A stretch of DNA of 64,000 bases from positions 1 to 64,000 of the forward strand of contig JBNKTL010000024.1 in the NCBI GenBank assembly GCA_050298055.1. Reading direction: 5' to 3'. Positions 28,296 through 39,349 of this stretch are shown here, piece after piece. Numbering within the stretch: the first letter of the stretch is position 1; each line of letters begins with the position of its first letter. Under the pieces are notes generated by a model. That model had not been told where the DNA came from, did not search any database, and worked only from the letters and a program-made list of their open reading frames with translations. Source of the stretch: Spirochaetota bacterium. GTDB taxonomy: Bacteria > Spirochaetota > UBA4802 > UBA5550. The position numbers and the translations under genes were made by a program.

Positions 28296-29987
28296 ATGAT
28301 GGCAGATGAAAAAACATCCTCGAATTTCATCGAAGATATTATTATCGAAGATATAAAGAACAACAAGAATGGCGGAAACGTGGTGACCCGTTTCCCGCCG
28401 GAACCCAACGGCTACCTTCACATTGGGCACGCAAAGTCCATCTGTCTCAATTTCGGACTTGCCGGGAAGTTCAACGGCAGGTGCCACCTCCGGTTTGATG
28501 ATACCAACCCGGAAAAAGAGGAGATAGAATATATCGAATCCATCCAGGAAGACGTAAAGTGGCTCGGTTTTGACTGGGGCGAACACCTCTATTACGCGTC
28601 GGACTATTTCGAGAAGCTCTATGGGTACGCGGTCCACCTTATTGAAAGGGGTAAGGCCTATGTGGACAGCCTCAGTGCCGAAGAGATAAGGGAGCACAGG
28701 GGGACCCTTAAGGAGCCGGGCAGAGAAAGCCCTTACCGGGACCGCCCCGTTGAGGAAAACCTGGAGCTCTTCCGGAAAATGCGGAACGGGGAATTCAGGG
28801 ACGGCGAGCATGTACTCCGGGCGAAGATTGATATGACATCGGGAAACATCGTTATGAGAGACCCCACCCTCTACCGAATCAGGCATGTTGAACACCACAG
28901 GACGGGGGACACCTGGTGTATCTATCCCATGTACGATTTTACCCACTGTATCTCCGACGCCATAGAAGGAGTCACCCACTCAGTCTGTACCCTGGAGTTT
29001 GAAAATAACCGCCCCCTCTACGACTGGGTGCTTATTGAAGCGGAAACAGAGAACCGGCCCCAACAGATCGAGTTCGCGCGCCTGAACCTCACTCACACCC
29101 TGATGAGTAAGAGGAAGCTCCTGAAGCTTGTTGAGGAGGGCCATGTTTCCGGCTGGGACGATCCCCGGATGCCCACAATATCCGGACTCCGCAGGAGGGG
29201 GTACACACCCGAGTCAATCCGGGATTTTGCCGAAAGGATCGGTGTTGCAAAGGCGGACAGCATGGTTGACAGTGCCCTTCTGGAACACTGTCTCAGGGAA
29301 GACCTCAATAAACGGGCGCAGAGGGTCATGGCGGTCCTCCGGCCCCTGAAGGTGGTGATAACAAACTATCCCCAGGGAGAAACCGAGGAACTGGATGCCG
29401 TTAACAATCCCGAGGATGAATCCGCAGGGAAAAGGAAGCTCCCCTTCTCCCGGGAGCTCTATATCGAACAGGATGATTTCATGGAGGACCCCCCAAAAAA
29501 GTTTTTTCGCCTCGCCCCCGGCAGGGAGGTAAGGTTCAAGTTTGCCTACTATATCACCTGTGAGAGGGTCATAAAGGACGAAAGTACCGGCGAGATACTG
29601 GAGGTCCACTGCACCTATGATCCGAAGACCCGGGGAGGCTGGTCGGAGGACGGGCGCAAAGTCAAAGGAACAATACACTGGGTTTGTGCGACGGAATCTC
29701 TGGAGGCCGAGGTCCGGCTTTATGAAAATCTCTTTACCAGTGAAAACCCGGGAGATGAAAACACCTGCCCCGACCTTGAATCGTGCATCAATAAAAACTC
29801 ACTGGAAGTCCTCACATCATGCAGGGTGGAGCCTTCCCTTGCAGGGGCGGGTCCCGGAGAGAGGTTCCAGTTCGAGAGGCTGGGATACTTCTGTGTGGAC
29901 GCAAAGGACTCCGGGCCCGGAAAGCCTGTCTTTAACAGGACCGTTTCATTGAGGGATACCTGGGCCAGGATAAGCAGTAAAAGCTGA
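28296..29987 (+). CDS. glnS: Glutamine--tRNA ligase
   Basis: [49 protein letters not shown]. Confidence 0.97.
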   Translation: MMADEKTSSNFIEDIIIEDIKNNKNGGNVVTRFPPEPNGYLHIGHAKSICLNFGLAGKFNGRCHLRFDDTNPEKEEIEYIESIQEDVKWLGFDWGEHLYYASDYFEKLYGYAVHLIERGKAYVDSLSAEEIREHRGTLKEPGRESPYRDRPVEENLELFRKMRNGEFRDGEHVLRAKIDMTSGNIVMRDPTLYRIRHVEHHRTGDTWCIYPMYDFTHCISDAIEGVTHSVCTLEFENNRPLYDWVLIEAETENRPQQIEFARLNLTHTLMSKRKLLKLVEEGHVSGWDDPRMPTISGLRRRGYTPESIRDFAERIGVAKADSMVDSALLEHCLREDLNKRAQRVMAVLRPLKVVITNYPQGETEELDAVNNPEDESAGKRKLPFSRELYIEQDDFMEDPPKKFFRLAPGREVRFKFAYYITCERVIKDESTGEILEVHCTYDPKTRGGWSEDGRKVKGTIHWVCATESLEAEVRLYENLFTSENPGDENTCPDLESCINKNSLEVLTSCRVEPSLAGAGPGERFQFERLGYFCVDAKDSGPGKPVFNRTVSLRDTWARISSKS

Positions 29988-29992
29988 TCCTT

Positions 29993-30778
29993 TTAATCCA
30001 GAAAAGTTATTTCCAGGTCCTGTATGGTTGATACGATCCTCAGGTAGGAGAGGGGCATGGGGGATTTCAGGGAATGGTAGGTAAAGGCGATATACCTGTT
30101 TAAGGACTTTGTGCCGGGGCGGGTAGCGTCCACAAGGTGCCATCTCCCCCTGTCATACGCCTCTACCCACATATGGTAGACGAAGACATTGTTTGTTCCC
30201 ATAAATTCTTCCGCGAGATAAACCCCCACCACTGCCCGTGAAGGTATGCCGTTTGCCCTGAGAAGGGCCAGGGAGAGGACCGCGTGTTCGGTGCAGTCAC
30301 CGGTTTTTGATTCAATGATGCCCGTTGAAGGAAGAAGGGGAATACCTATTGTCTTTTTGTTTATGAACCTGTAAACAAACGCTTCAATATTGGCCGGTTT
30401 GTTTACAGAGGATCTGAACCTGCGGGCCAGGTCTTTTACGGGAGGGGAGTCCAGCCTGAGGAAGGGTGTATTCTCCAGGTCTTTTTTCGATACGGAATTT
30501 ACCCTCCGGGAAGCAGTGCCGGTCTCAATAGTGAGGGAAGATGATTTTTCCCCCTTATCCGGTTTACTTATTGACTGGAAGGCCGAGCTTACCAGTCTGA
30601 ACCTGCTGCAGGATGAAACAAGCCTGAACCTGCTTCTCTTCTCCCGGAAGACCCTGCTGTTGAAGTTTTTTATCCCGATTGTAAATGATGAGGGATCAAC
30701 CGGGTAAATCCGCCGGGGAGAGAAAAATATGATTGCGGGTATTATTATGAAGAGCGTCAAATGTTTCATTTTTTGCAT
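29993..30778 (-). CDS. Exported transglutaminase-like protein
   Basis: GDCTEHA..LRANGIPSR..YHMWVEAY..VDAT Cys-His-Asp triad. Confidence 0.88.
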   Translation of the reverse strand: MQKMKHLTLFIIIPAIIFFSPRRIYPVDPSSFTIGIKNFNSRVFREKRSRFRLVSSCSRFRLVSSAFQSISKPDKGEKSSSLTIETGTASRRVNSVSKKDLENTPFLRLDSPPVKDLARRFRSSVNKPANIEAFVYRFINKKTIGIPLLPSTGIIESKTGDCTEHAVLSLALLRANGIPSRAVVGVYLAEEFMGTNNVFVYHMWVEAYDRGRWHLVDATRPGTKSLNRYIAFTYHSLKSPMPLSYLRIVSTIQDLEITFLD

Positions 30779-30787
30779 CTTACCGTT

Positions 30788-31477
30788 CTATTTCCTTACC
30801 AGCTCTATCCTGTTATTGAGCATCCTGATAACGGCCTTTTCCATGGTACCGTCAAAGTTTAAGTAAATATCAACACTCTTAAAATTGTCTATTGACTGGA
30901 CAATATGGATCAGCTCAATACTCTCCTCGCCTGTTTTTACCTTCTCAATCCCCAGAACCCTGACGGTAACACCTATTGTTTCATCAGGTTCCATGGAGGG
31001 TTCGTATATCCGTGATGAAACCGTGTAGCCCTTTCTGAAGCTGTTCTTTATCAGCTTGCTCATAAAATAATTTCCGTCAATGACAAAGGGTTCTTTCACG
31101 CTGATCTTTGATTTACTCCCCATTGAAACAAGTTCTATTGTCCTGTCACGGAAAAAGGCAGTGGTTACTATTTTCTGGGAGGTGTCGTTAAAATTGACAC
31201 TGTTGTTTATCTCAAGTTTAACGGGCCTGTACTCCTTTGTCTCGGTAACAACCTGGTGAGAGACATTTGTGATTTTGCCAACCTTCATTTTCATCTCGGT
31301 TTCGCTGATATAGTGTTTTTCGGTCTGTGAGCTGGATATGACCGCGCTCCCCACGGTGACATTGTTTATCAGGAGCCTGTACTCCCACCGGCCCATGGGT
31401 ATTTTCCGGGGCATATTCCGGGAAGAGCATTCTGTTGAGATGAGAAGGATTATCGGGAGAATAAATCTGATTTTCAT
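30788..31477 (-). CDS. Hypothetical lipoprotein, beta-rich, partner of the transglutaminase
   Basis: Signal MKIRFILPIILLISTEC; translationally coupled to thiL. Confidence 0.7.
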   Translation of the reverse strand: MKIRFILPIILLISTECSSRNMPRKIPMGRWEYRLLINNVTVGSAVISSSQTEKHYISETEMKMKVGKITNVSHQVVTETKEYRPVKLEINNSVNFNDTSQKIVTTAFFRDRTIELVSMGSKSKISVKEPFVIDGNYFMSKLIKNSFRKGYTVSSRIYEPSMEPDETIGVTVRVLGIEKVKTGEESIELIHIVQSIDNFKSVDIYLNFDGTMEKAVIRMLNNRIELVRK

Positions 31478-32475
31478 TTTTCCTTTCCTGTTGTAAAGTG
31501 ATCAAAACCGGTAATTGATATTTCTTTTTTTCTGCCTGATATTTCAAGGCAATAACCGTCATCGGTTATTTCTCCCATGCAGACAGCATCTCCTGTTCTG
31601 CCGCCGGGTATCTTTTCCGGCGGCAGAGCGGATGTAAAGAGGAGCTGGTAGTCTTCGCCCCCGGTAAGCACCATCTCGTACGGGTTCCTCTCTTTTTCGC
31701 TGCAGTATTCTTTCAACAGGGCGGATACCGGGAGTTTCTCCTTCTGAAGAGTAAATCCCCTGCGGCTTTCAGTACAGATATGTCCCAGGTCGGAGAGGAG
31801 CCCGTCGGAAATATCGATCATGGCTGTGGGGGAATAAAGATCAAGAATATCATTCATAATATCATACCTGCAGGATGGCCTCCTGTGCTTTTCAACCAGG
31901 GGTCCGTACTTCTCCATCTGCCGGCCGCTGCCCCTCTGCAAAATCTCCAGTCCGGCCAGGGACTCACCCGGGGTCCCGGTAACATAGATATAATCTCCCG
32001 CGGAGGCCCCGTTGCGGTAAACGGGTTCTCTCTCCCTGCACTCTCCGTATACGGCTATACTCACAATGAGAGTATCCGATCCCGATGTATCACCCCCGGC
32101 AATAACCGTTCCCGGTTCACGGCACGCATCCAGCATACCCCTGTAGATATCCAGAACAAACTCCTCTTCCTTATCATCGGGGATCCCCAGGGAAACAAGC
32201 GCCAGAACAGGGGAACCTCCCATGGAGATAATATCGGAGAGGTTGCCCGTCATGGATTTGTAGCCGATCTCTTCCGGTGAAGAGTAATCCTGCCTGAAGT
32301 GGATGTTTTCAATGCTTATGTCTGTTGTAAAAAGCCCGTACCGCGCCTCGGCGATTTTATAAACGGCGCAGTCTTCCCCCATGGACCTGCCGAGCTCTTC
32401 CGGAACACCGGTCCCCTTCTCCCGGACCAGGTTCTGTATCTTTGAGATAAGGTCCCATTCGCTTTTTATTTTCAT
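31474..32475 (-). CDS. thiL: Thiamine-monophosphate kinase
   Basis: GEDCA, NLSDIISMGG, IAGGDT, IDISDGLLSDLGHI, GGEDYQLLFT, GFDHF. Confidence 0.93.
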   Translation of the reverse strand: MKIKSEWDLISKIQNLVREKGTGVPEELGRSMGEDCAVYKIAEARYGLFTTDISIENIHFRQDYSSPEEIGYKSMTGNLSDIISMGGSPVLALVSLGIPDDKEEEFVLDIYRGMLDACREPGTVIAGGDTSGSDTLIVSIAVYGECREREPVYRNGASAGDYIYVTGTPGESLAGLEILQRGSGRQMEKYGPLVEKHRRPSCRYDIMNDILDLYSPTAMIDISDGLLSDLGHICTESRRGFTLQKEKLPVSALLKEYCSEKERNPYEMVLTGGEDYQLLFTSALPPEKIPGGRTGDAVCMGEITDDGYCLEISGRKKEISITGFDHFTTGKEK

Positions 32476-32477
32476 TA

Positions 32478-33920
32478 TTACTTGCAGTACTTGTCAAAAC
32501 AGTACTCGATCCTCTTCCGGTACTTTTCAAAACCGATCAGGGGGAGGACAAGGTCAAGTTCCGGTCCCCTGAGCCTTCCCGTGAGCATGGCCCGTACGGG
32601 CATGAAGAGCTTCTTTCCCTTCTGCCCTGAGGCTTCTTTTACCCGGTTAACGGTATCGGTGATAAAATTCTCTTCATTAATATCAGACTCAAGGAGCTCC
32701 TTTGCAGCTTTTATGACATCGGCGGAATATTCTTCTTTTAACATGCTTTCGGCATCTTCATCCGGTATTGAAACATCCTCAAAGAACATGGGGAGAAATT
32801 TCCCTATATCGGAGAGCACCTCGCAGTATCCCTTCATCAGCTGAAGGACCTTCTCAAGGAGGTCACTTTCCATATCCCCGGGGTCGTATCCCGCCTCTTC
32901 TATGAAGGGGAAAAAGAGTTCCGGGATCCTCTCCTCAGGGTAGTTCCTGATGTAGACCCCGTTCATCCACCGGAGCTTCCTGAAGTCAAAGACAGCGGCA
33001 CTCTTGGCGATGCTGGTGATATCTATCTGGCTGATAATCTCATCCTGTGAAAGTATCTCCTCTCCCGATTCCGTTGCCCAGCCCAGCATGGCAAGATAGT
33101 TGACCAGCGCCTCGGGGAGGTAGCCCTCCTTCCGGTAGAGTTCCACAGAGGTGATCCCGTGGCGTTTGCTCAGCTTCGACCTGTCCTCACCCAGGACCAG
33201 GGCGTGGTGGGCGTACTGGGGGACCGGCAGTCCCAGGGCATCGGCCATGAGTATCTGTTTCGGTGTGTTGGAGAGATGGTCCTCGCCCCGGATCACATGG
33301 GTCACCCCCATGAGGGCGTCGTCGATGACCACGATATAGTTGTAGACCGGGGTCCCGTCTGACCGGACAATGATGAAATCCCCGCCGATATTTTCACTTT
33401 TGAACTGAATGTTTCCCTTTATATGGTCCTTTACGGTGACAGGCACTCCCTCGGGGACCCTGAACCGTATTACTGGTTTTCTCCCTTCATCCTCAAAAGA
33501 CTTCTTCTTCGCGTCATCGATCTCGCCGCACCTGTTGGGACAGACGAAGGGCTGGTTTTCATTCTCAATTTCGGCCCGTACCTTGTCCACCTCTTCCGGT
33601 GTGCAGTAGCAGTAGTAGGCCTTGTTCTCATTTATGAGTTTTTCCGAGTATTCCCTGTAGATCTCAAAGCGTTCCGACTGCCGGTAAGGCCCTCTCTCCC
33701 CACCCAGGTCGGGGCCTTCGTTCCACTGGATCCCCAGCCACTTGAGGTCCTTGATAATGGACTCCTCGGACTCTTTGCTGCTCCTTTCAAAGTCGGTATC
33801 TTCGATCCTCAGGGTATAGTCCCAGTTGTTCTTTTTCGCGATCAGGTGGTTGATCAGGGCTGTTCGGGCATTCCCGATATGAAGGTAGCCTGTGGGGCTC
33901 GGGGCAAATCGTACTCTCAT
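32478..33920 (-). CDS. gltX: Glutamate--tRNA ligase
   Basis: RFAPSPTGYLHIG, LRIEDTD, HVIRGEDH, KLSKR. Confidence 0.97.
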   Translation of the reverse strand: MRVRFAPSPTGYLHIGNARTALINHLIAKKNNWDYTLRIEDTDFERSSKESEESIIKDLKWLGIQWNEGPDLGGERGPYRQSERFEIYREYSEKLINENKAYYCYCTPEEVDKVRAEIENENQPFVCPNRCGEIDDAKKKSFEDEGRKPVIRFRVPEGVPVTVKDHIKGNIQFKSENIGGDFIIVRSDGTPVYNYIVVIDDALMGVTHVIRGEDHLSNTPKQILMADALGLPVPQYAHHALVLGEDRSKLSKRHGITSVELYRKEGYLPEALVNYLAMLGWATESGEEILSQDEIISQIDITSIAKSAAVFDFRKLRWMNGVYIRNYPEERIPELFFPFIEEAGYDPGDMESDLLEKVLQLMKGYCEVLSDIGKFLPMFFEDVSIPDEDAESMLKEEYSADVIKAAKELLESDINEENFITDTVNRVKEASGQKGKKLFMPVRAMLTGRLRGPELDLVLPLIGFEKYRKRIEYCFDKYCK

Positions 33921-34114
33921 TATCGTCTCCGGGTATCTGTTCTTTTATTGGAGTCGTTAAGATAAGATTTGCCCGATTAATGTCAATGAGAAAAGGGGGG
34001 TAGGTAATTGAATATGATTCAATTAAACCTGTTTATTTAATTGACGATATTTTGATATTTATTTAAAAGTTCATGAAATATGGTTTTTTATGAGAACATT
34101 AGGATAGTACTGCT

Positions 34115-35017
34115 ATGAAAAAAATAAAGATAATAATAAATGCCTTCGGCTGCACCGGTGATGATTTTGACGCGAAAGAAGTTAACCGGGAAAAACTCCT
34201 GGATAAAGATCCATCTGATGCCAGGCTGACAGTGAATGATCTGGAACAGATCCTTGAATCCATGATTGCTTCTGTAAAGGAAATTAAAGTACTCTATCCA
34301 GATGAACAAACTGGCATGAGCTATCACCATGATAACAGGGTGGAGAGCATCAAGTTTTTCATAGAATTCAGCGATGAAAAGGGAAATGTTCAAAAACTCG
34401 AGGAAAAAGAATTTTTTGAAAATGTGGCAGAGCACCCTGTCCTGGCCCCTAAAGTCCTGGAATATTGCAGGGTAACAGATGACGGTGAAGAGGGAACACG
34501 AATCTGGATAGCCGATGAATTCGACGAGGGTCCTCCCGCGGGAACCTTTGCTATTCTGGGTCTTGTTCATCAGGACAAAAAGTGGATCCCCGATTATATT
34601 GAATTTTTAAGGACAAATGATCTGGATCATGAAGTTGAGCAGCAATGGCAGATTAAGGGGATCATTGATAAATATGGCTGGTGTAATGAAACGTCCCGTC
34701 TTGCTATCGCGAGAAATGTCAGTTGTTGCGGTCAGGGTGGGACGCAGCAGTTTAAAGAATTCATTGATAACGGCCTGGGTGATTATATTAAACAGCAGGA
34801 AAACAGGCCGGCTTTTCTGAAGGATATCACCCGGGAGTTTCTTGATTATGAATCAACCGATCACGGGAAAAAACTGCTTAATGATTCAAAAGAGTATTAT
34901 ATGAAATGGAGAAGCGAAGAACTGGAAGGTTTTGAGTTTGTTTTGACAGAAGATGAAAAAGTGACAATTAAAGAAGAGATCGCCCGGAGATGGGATCTCT
35001 TTAACCGGGAAAAATAA
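34115..35017 (+). CDS. Hypothetical acidic protein
   Basis: 300-aa ORF; no family recognised with confidence. Confidence 0.65.
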   Translation: MKKIKIIINAFGCTGDDFDAKEVNREKLLDKDPSDARLTVNDLEQILESMIASVKEIKVLYPDEQTGMSYHHDNRVESIKFFIEFSDEKGNVQKLEEKEFFENVAEHPVLAPKVLEYCRVTDDGEEGTRIWIADEFDEGPPAGTFAILGLVHQDKKWIPDYIEFLRTNDLDHEVEQQWQIKGIIDKYGWCNETSRLAIARNVSCCGQGGTQQFKEFIDNGLGDYIKQQENRPAFLKDITREFLDYESTDHGKKLLNDSKEYYMKWRSEELEGFEFVLTEDEKVTIKEEIARRWDLFNREK

Positions 35018-35180
35018 AAATAAATTTGAATAGTGAACCAGTAAGGAATAAAATCAGGATGTATGCAATTATCTGCTCGTGCTGAGCCCGCGTGATTTTA
35101 CACCTATATGACTCTCATAATAGTTGGATATCCCAGCAGTTAACCGATCATGATGAGTTGAAAATCACGCAGTCGAAGTG

Positions 35181-35417
35181 CTAATAATCATAGAGATTCG
35201 CCGAGGGGATCCCCGAAGCGATCTCGTTTGCCTCTTTCTCGATCCTGTTAATCAGCTTTTTGATCTTCAGGGAGATATCATCCTCCACAAGGACCGCGTC
35301 ACACCTCATGCATTTATAGGCGGGAATATTTTCCAGGATAAAATTAAAGTTCTTCCTGCTGAATTTCTGGATCGTTTTCCCCTCCACAAGAACTCCCCCG
35401 CAGCTTGTACATTCCAT
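35181..35417 (-). CDS. YgiT/MqsA-type zinc finger protein
   Basis: MECTSCGG..ENIPAYKCMRCDA. Confidence 0.8.
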   Translation of the reverse strand: MECTSCGGVLVEGKTIQKFSRKNFNFILENIPAYKCMRCDAVLVEDDISLKIKKLINRIEKEANEIASGIPSANLYDY

Positions 35418-35555
35418 ATTAAAACCTCTTTTCTCCCGAAAATATTCTATCAAGTTACTAAACGTGTATTATTTTGAGAAAAAATCCATTTTTGTCAAGC
35501 GTCTATTCCCCTTATTTTTATTGACAGAAGATTCTCTCAATGGAATTCTCATACC

Positions 35556-36323
35556 ATGAACGGGATATACACAGAAGCCGCGGAGATCATTAAGAACTCA
35601 AAAAACCTGATCGCCCTCACCGGCGCGGGAATTTCCGTTGAAAGCGGGATCCCTGATTTCAGGAGCCCCGGGGGGCTCTGGGAGAAGTTCGATCCGGAAG
35701 TTTACGCGTCAATTGACACATTCAATAAGATGCCCGGCAAAGCCTGGGAGATGATTTTCGAGATGATGGATGTCATTATTGACGCGAAACCGAACCCGGC
35801 GCACCAGGCCCTGGCATGGATGGAAGGCGAGGGTTACCTCAGGTCCGTGATAACTCAGAATGTTGATAACCTTCACCAGGCAGCAGGAAGCAGGAATGTC
35901 ATCGAATACCATGGGAACTCCAGTATGTTTACCTGTGTACACTGTCACAGGGAATATGAGGCTGATCAGTTCAGGAAGAGCCTTAAGGAGAGGAAAATTC
36001 CCGGGTGCAGCGAATGCGAAAGAATATTGAAGCCGTCGGTTGTTTTCTTCGGAGAGATGATCCCCCAGCGGGCACTCATGGAAGCACAGTTCCTTGCGGA
36101 CTCGGCGGACGCGCTCCTTGTTATCGGGACCTCCGCCATAATATATCCCGCCGCGGGGATACCGGTTGTGGCAAAGAACAACGGGGCAAAAATAGTGGAA
36201 TTCAACCTTGAAGAGACCAACTACACGGAGAGCATAACGGACCTCTTTATAAAGGGTCCCGCGGGCCAGACCCTTCCCGCAGTGGTTGATGCTCTCAGCG
36301 GGTTAGCAGGTGCGGGCCATTGA
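35556..36323 (+). CDS. cobB: NAD-dependent protein deacylase (sirtuin)
   Basis: GAGISVESGIPDFR, TQNVDNLH, HG, CxxC..CxxC, GTS. Confidence 0.95.
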   Translation: MNGIYTEAAEIIKNSKNLIALTGAGISVESGIPDFRSPGGLWEKFDPEVYASIDTFNKMPGKAWEMIFEMMDVIIDAKPNPAHQALAWMEGEGYLRSVITQNVDNLHQAAGSRNVIEYHGNSSMFTCVHCHREYEADQFRKSLKERKIPGCSECERILKPSVVFFGEMIPQRALMEAQFLADSADALLVIGTSAIIYPAAGIPVVAKNNGAKIVEFNLEETNYTESITDLFIKGPAGQTLPAVVDALSGLAGAGH

Positions 36324-38080
36324 AACGAATTAAAGTATTACCCGATTCTGTCCGTAAAAAGATCGCGGCCGGGGAGGTCGTGGAGGGGCCCTTTTCCGTA
36401 ATAAAGGAACTCCTGGAAAATTCCCTGGATGCCGGTGCGACGGAAATTGATGTGCAGGTCCACGACAGCGGACTGAAAAAGATCCTTGTCCGTGACAACG
36501 GACAGGGAATAGAACCTGAAGACATTGAGCTTGTCATTGCCGACTATGCAACCAGCAAGATAGATGATGTTTACGATATTCACAGGGTGGATACCTACGG
36601 ATTCCGGGGCGAAGCCGTTTCCAGCATCTCTTCAATATCAGACATTACCATACTCTCCCGGCGTCATGAATGTGAAACAGGGGTCAGGCTGTCCGGTTCT
36701 GACAGGGGGGTTGAAACCGGTGATTTTGCCGGACCCGGGGGAACAACGGTTATCGTTGAGAATCTCTTCTATAATGTGCCCGCGAGAAAAAAGTTTCTCA
36801 AGACCCGGAGGACTGAAATGCGGTATATCAGGGAGACATTTTTAAAGGCGTCGCTTCCCCATCCCGGTACGGCCTTTACCCTTGATGTTGACGGGAAGCG
36901 GCATATCACCCTTGGGAAAGTCTCTTCCCCGGACGAAAGGGTGGGGCAGATATACGGGAACGAGGTCCTGGACAATCTCTCTTTTGAGAGTATGCAGGAT
37001 ATTAAAGTCAGGATAAACGGGTTTTTCTCTCAACCCGGTTTCATGAGATCATCCCGGTCAATGCAGCTTCTCTATATAAACAGAAGGCCGGTGGAGTTTA
37101 AGTATTTCGGATACATTCTCATGAAAGCCTATGAAGCAATAGCCGTGAGGGGGAAGCACCCGGCGGCAATCATTTTCATTGATATTGAGCCGGAACTTGT
37201 TGATGTGAACATCCATCCCGCCAAGAGGGAAGTGAAGGTCTTTGACCAGAAATACCTGGAATCGCTGATCTTTAAGCTGGCTGAGAAGGCCCTCAACAGA
37301 AAACACTCTCTTACGGATGAATTCTTTAGAAGTGAAGAGAAGGTCGTTCGTGAAACCGCGGGAACTGCCCCTTTCCCGGGAGGGACCGTCAGGGACTCCT
37401 CCGGCACGGGAAGCCTCTTCAGGGGACGAGAGGTGTTTCACGCATCACCGGGCTTTTCGGGAAGGGACGTGGTCAATGAAGGGGCCGAATTATACAGGGA
37501 GTTCAGAGATGATGATGAGAGCATCAGGATACTGGGGACTGCTTTCGGGACTTATATTGTGGTGGAACAGGGGGATTCACTGAACTTTATCGATTTTCAT
37601 GCGGCCCACGAGAGGTTAATCTATGACAGGCTCAGGGAGAACAGCCCGGAAATTGAGAGCCAGGCCCTGGCGTTCCCGGTCATGGCGGAGCTCCCCGTGG
37701 ATGAATACAGGCTTGTTCTTGAGAACTTTCAGCTTCTGGGCGAAATGGGTTTTGACATAGATGATTTTGCGGACAATACGGTAACCGTCCGTGCGGTCCC
37801 CGGGATAGTGAGAGACATGGATGTGAAAGAGTTCCTGGAAGATTTCGCGGAATCCATAAAGGGGGAGAAGGGAGGAGGTTCCGATTTCAGGGACGCCATG
37901 GCGAAAAGCGCGGCCTGTCATTCCGCCAAAAGGTCCGGCGATCACCTGAGTAGAAACGACCTTGAACTTCTTGTGAGGGATGTTTTCAGCGGAGACCATG
38001 AGATGAGGTGTCCCCACGGACGGCCCTATATCTACAGTATCAGTAAATCAGATTTTGAGAGGATGTTCAGCAGACAATGA
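36320..38080 (+). CDS. mutL: DNA mismatch repair endonuclease MutL
   Basis: KIAAGEVVE, ENSLDAGA, GFRGEA, DVNIHPAK, DFHAAHER, CPHGRP. Confidence 0.96.
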   Translation: MKRIKVLPDSVRKKIAAGEVVEGPFSVIKELLENSLDAGATEIDVQVHDSGLKKILVRDNGQGIEPEDIELVIADYATSKIDDVYDIHRVDTYGFRGEAVSSISSISDITILSRRHECETGVRLSGSDRGVETGDFAGPGGTTVIVENLFYNVPARKKFLKTRRTEMRYIRETFLKASLPHPGTAFTLDVDGKRHITLGKVSSPDERVGQIYGNEVLDNLSFESMQDIKVRINGFFSQPGFMRSSRSMQLLYINRRPVEFKYFGYILMKAYEAIAVRGKHPAAIIFIDIEPELVDVNIHPAKREVKVFDQKYLESLIFKLAEKALNRKHSLTDEFFRSEEKVVRETAGTAPFPGGTVRDSSGTGSLFRGREVFHASPGFSGRDVVNEGAELYREFRDDDESIRILGTAFGTYIVVEQGDSLNFIDFHAAHERLIYDRLRENSPEIESQALAFPVMAELPVDEYRLVLENFQLLGEMGFDIDDFADNTVTVRAVPGIVRDMDVKEFLEDFAESIKGEKGGGSDFRDAMAKSAACHSAKRSGDHLSRNDLELLVRDVFSGDHEMRCPHGRPYIYSISKSDFERMFSRQ

Positions 38081-38604
38081 AAAAGATAATACTGGGAGTC
38101 AGCGCTTCAATTGCGGCCTACAAGGCCTATGATCTTACACGGCTTTTTGTGAAGGAGGGGTTTTCCGTTTACAATCTCCTTACGGAAAATTCACTTCACC
38201 TTGTTTCACCCCTGACATTTGAGACCCTGTCGGGAAACCGGGTCTCTATTCACTCATTTTCCCCGGAACAGCACGAGATGGAACACATATCCCTGAAACA
38301 GGACGCGGCCCTTTTCCTTGTGGCCCCGGCAACCGCGGACGTCATCGGCAAGTTCGCCAACGGGATAGCGGATGACCTTCTCAGTACCACATACCTCTCG
38401 GTGGAGTGCCCGGTCCTTCTTGCCCCTGCAATGAACCCGGCCATGTACAGCCATCCCGCGGTAGAGGAGAACCTTGCGCGGCTGAAGAAGAGGGGCGTCC
38501 GTATAGTTGAGCCCCAGACAGGGGATGTTATCTGCGGCGATGAAGGAAAGGGAAAGCTGGCTGATATTGAAGAGATCTTCAGGGCATCACTGGATGTCAT
38601 TTAA
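38077..38604 (+). CDS. coaC: Phosphopantothenoylcysteine decarboxylase
   Basis: SIAAYKA, APATAD..GIADD, APAMN, CGDEGKG. Confidence 0.92.
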   Translation: MKKIILGVSASIAAYKAYDLTRLFVKEGFSVYNLLTENSLHLVSPLTFETLSGNRVSIHSFSPEQHEMEHISLKQDAALFLVAPATADVIGKFANGIADDLLSTTYLSVECPVLLAPAMNPAMYSHPAVEENLARLKKRGVRIVEPQTGDVICGDEGKGKLADIEEIFRASLDVI

Positions 38605-39259
38605 GGAGAGAAAGGTCATCGTAACAGGAGGTCCCGCCAGGGAGTGGATCGATCCCGTGAGGTATATCTCCAATCCCTCCACGGGGAAAATGGGGGCTGC
38701 TCTTGCGGATGAAGCCTGGAAAAGATGCAGGGAGACCGTGTTTATCCACGGGCATATGGAAAAGGCTCTTATATCGGAAAAACCGTACCGGTGTGTCATG
38801 GCCGGCACCACATCCCTGATGCTGTCAGCTGTTCTGGAGGAGCTGGAAGATGGGGCGCTCCTCATTATGGCGGCGGCCCCGGCGGATTATACTCCCGTGT
38901 CACCCTGTGAAACAAAGATTAAAAAAGGCGCCCGGAACCTGGTCCTGGAACTTACCCGGACCCCGGACATATTACTGGAGATAAGACGCAAAAGGGAAAA
39001 GGGCCATTTCAGGAACACCTTCGTTGTGGGGTTTGCGGCTGAAACCGATCATCCCGAAGAATATGCCCTGAAAAAGCTGCATGAGAAAAACCTGGACATG
39101 ATATGCCTTAACGATGTTTCCCGGAAGGACGCCGGGTTCGGAACGGACACCAATGCGGTCACTCTCTTTTTCCGGGACGGTGAAAGGAATGAACTTCCCC
39201 TCCTGAGTAAATCGGACACTGCCGAAAGGATCCTTGATGAGATTGAGAGGAGGATGTAG
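38594..39259 (+). CDS. coaB: Phosphopantothenate--cysteine ligase
   Basis: IDPVRYISNPSTGKMG, AAPADY, KIKK, GFAAET. Confidence 0.92.
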   Translation: MSFKERKVIVTGGPAREWIDPVRYISNPSTGKMGAALADEAWKRCRETVFIHGHMEKALISEKPYRCVMAGTTSLMLSAVLEELEDGALLIMAAAPADYTPVSPCETKIKKGARNLVLELTRTPDILLEIRRKREKGHFRNTFVVGFAAETDHPEEYALKKLHEKNLDMICLNDVSRKDAGFGTDTNAVTLFFRDGERNELPLLSKSDTAERILDEIERRM

Positions 39260-39349
39260 CCGCAGAATCGGATCAATTTATTAATTGATTTTCACGAGTG
39301 GTTATTATATATTAAAATATCATCATACTCATTACAGGAAGGTGATACC

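Noticed and set aside
38077..39259. Frameshifted coaBC pseudogene
   Set aside because: Both halves are complete with their own start and stop and an 11-nt overlap; split coaC/coaB is a known arrangement.
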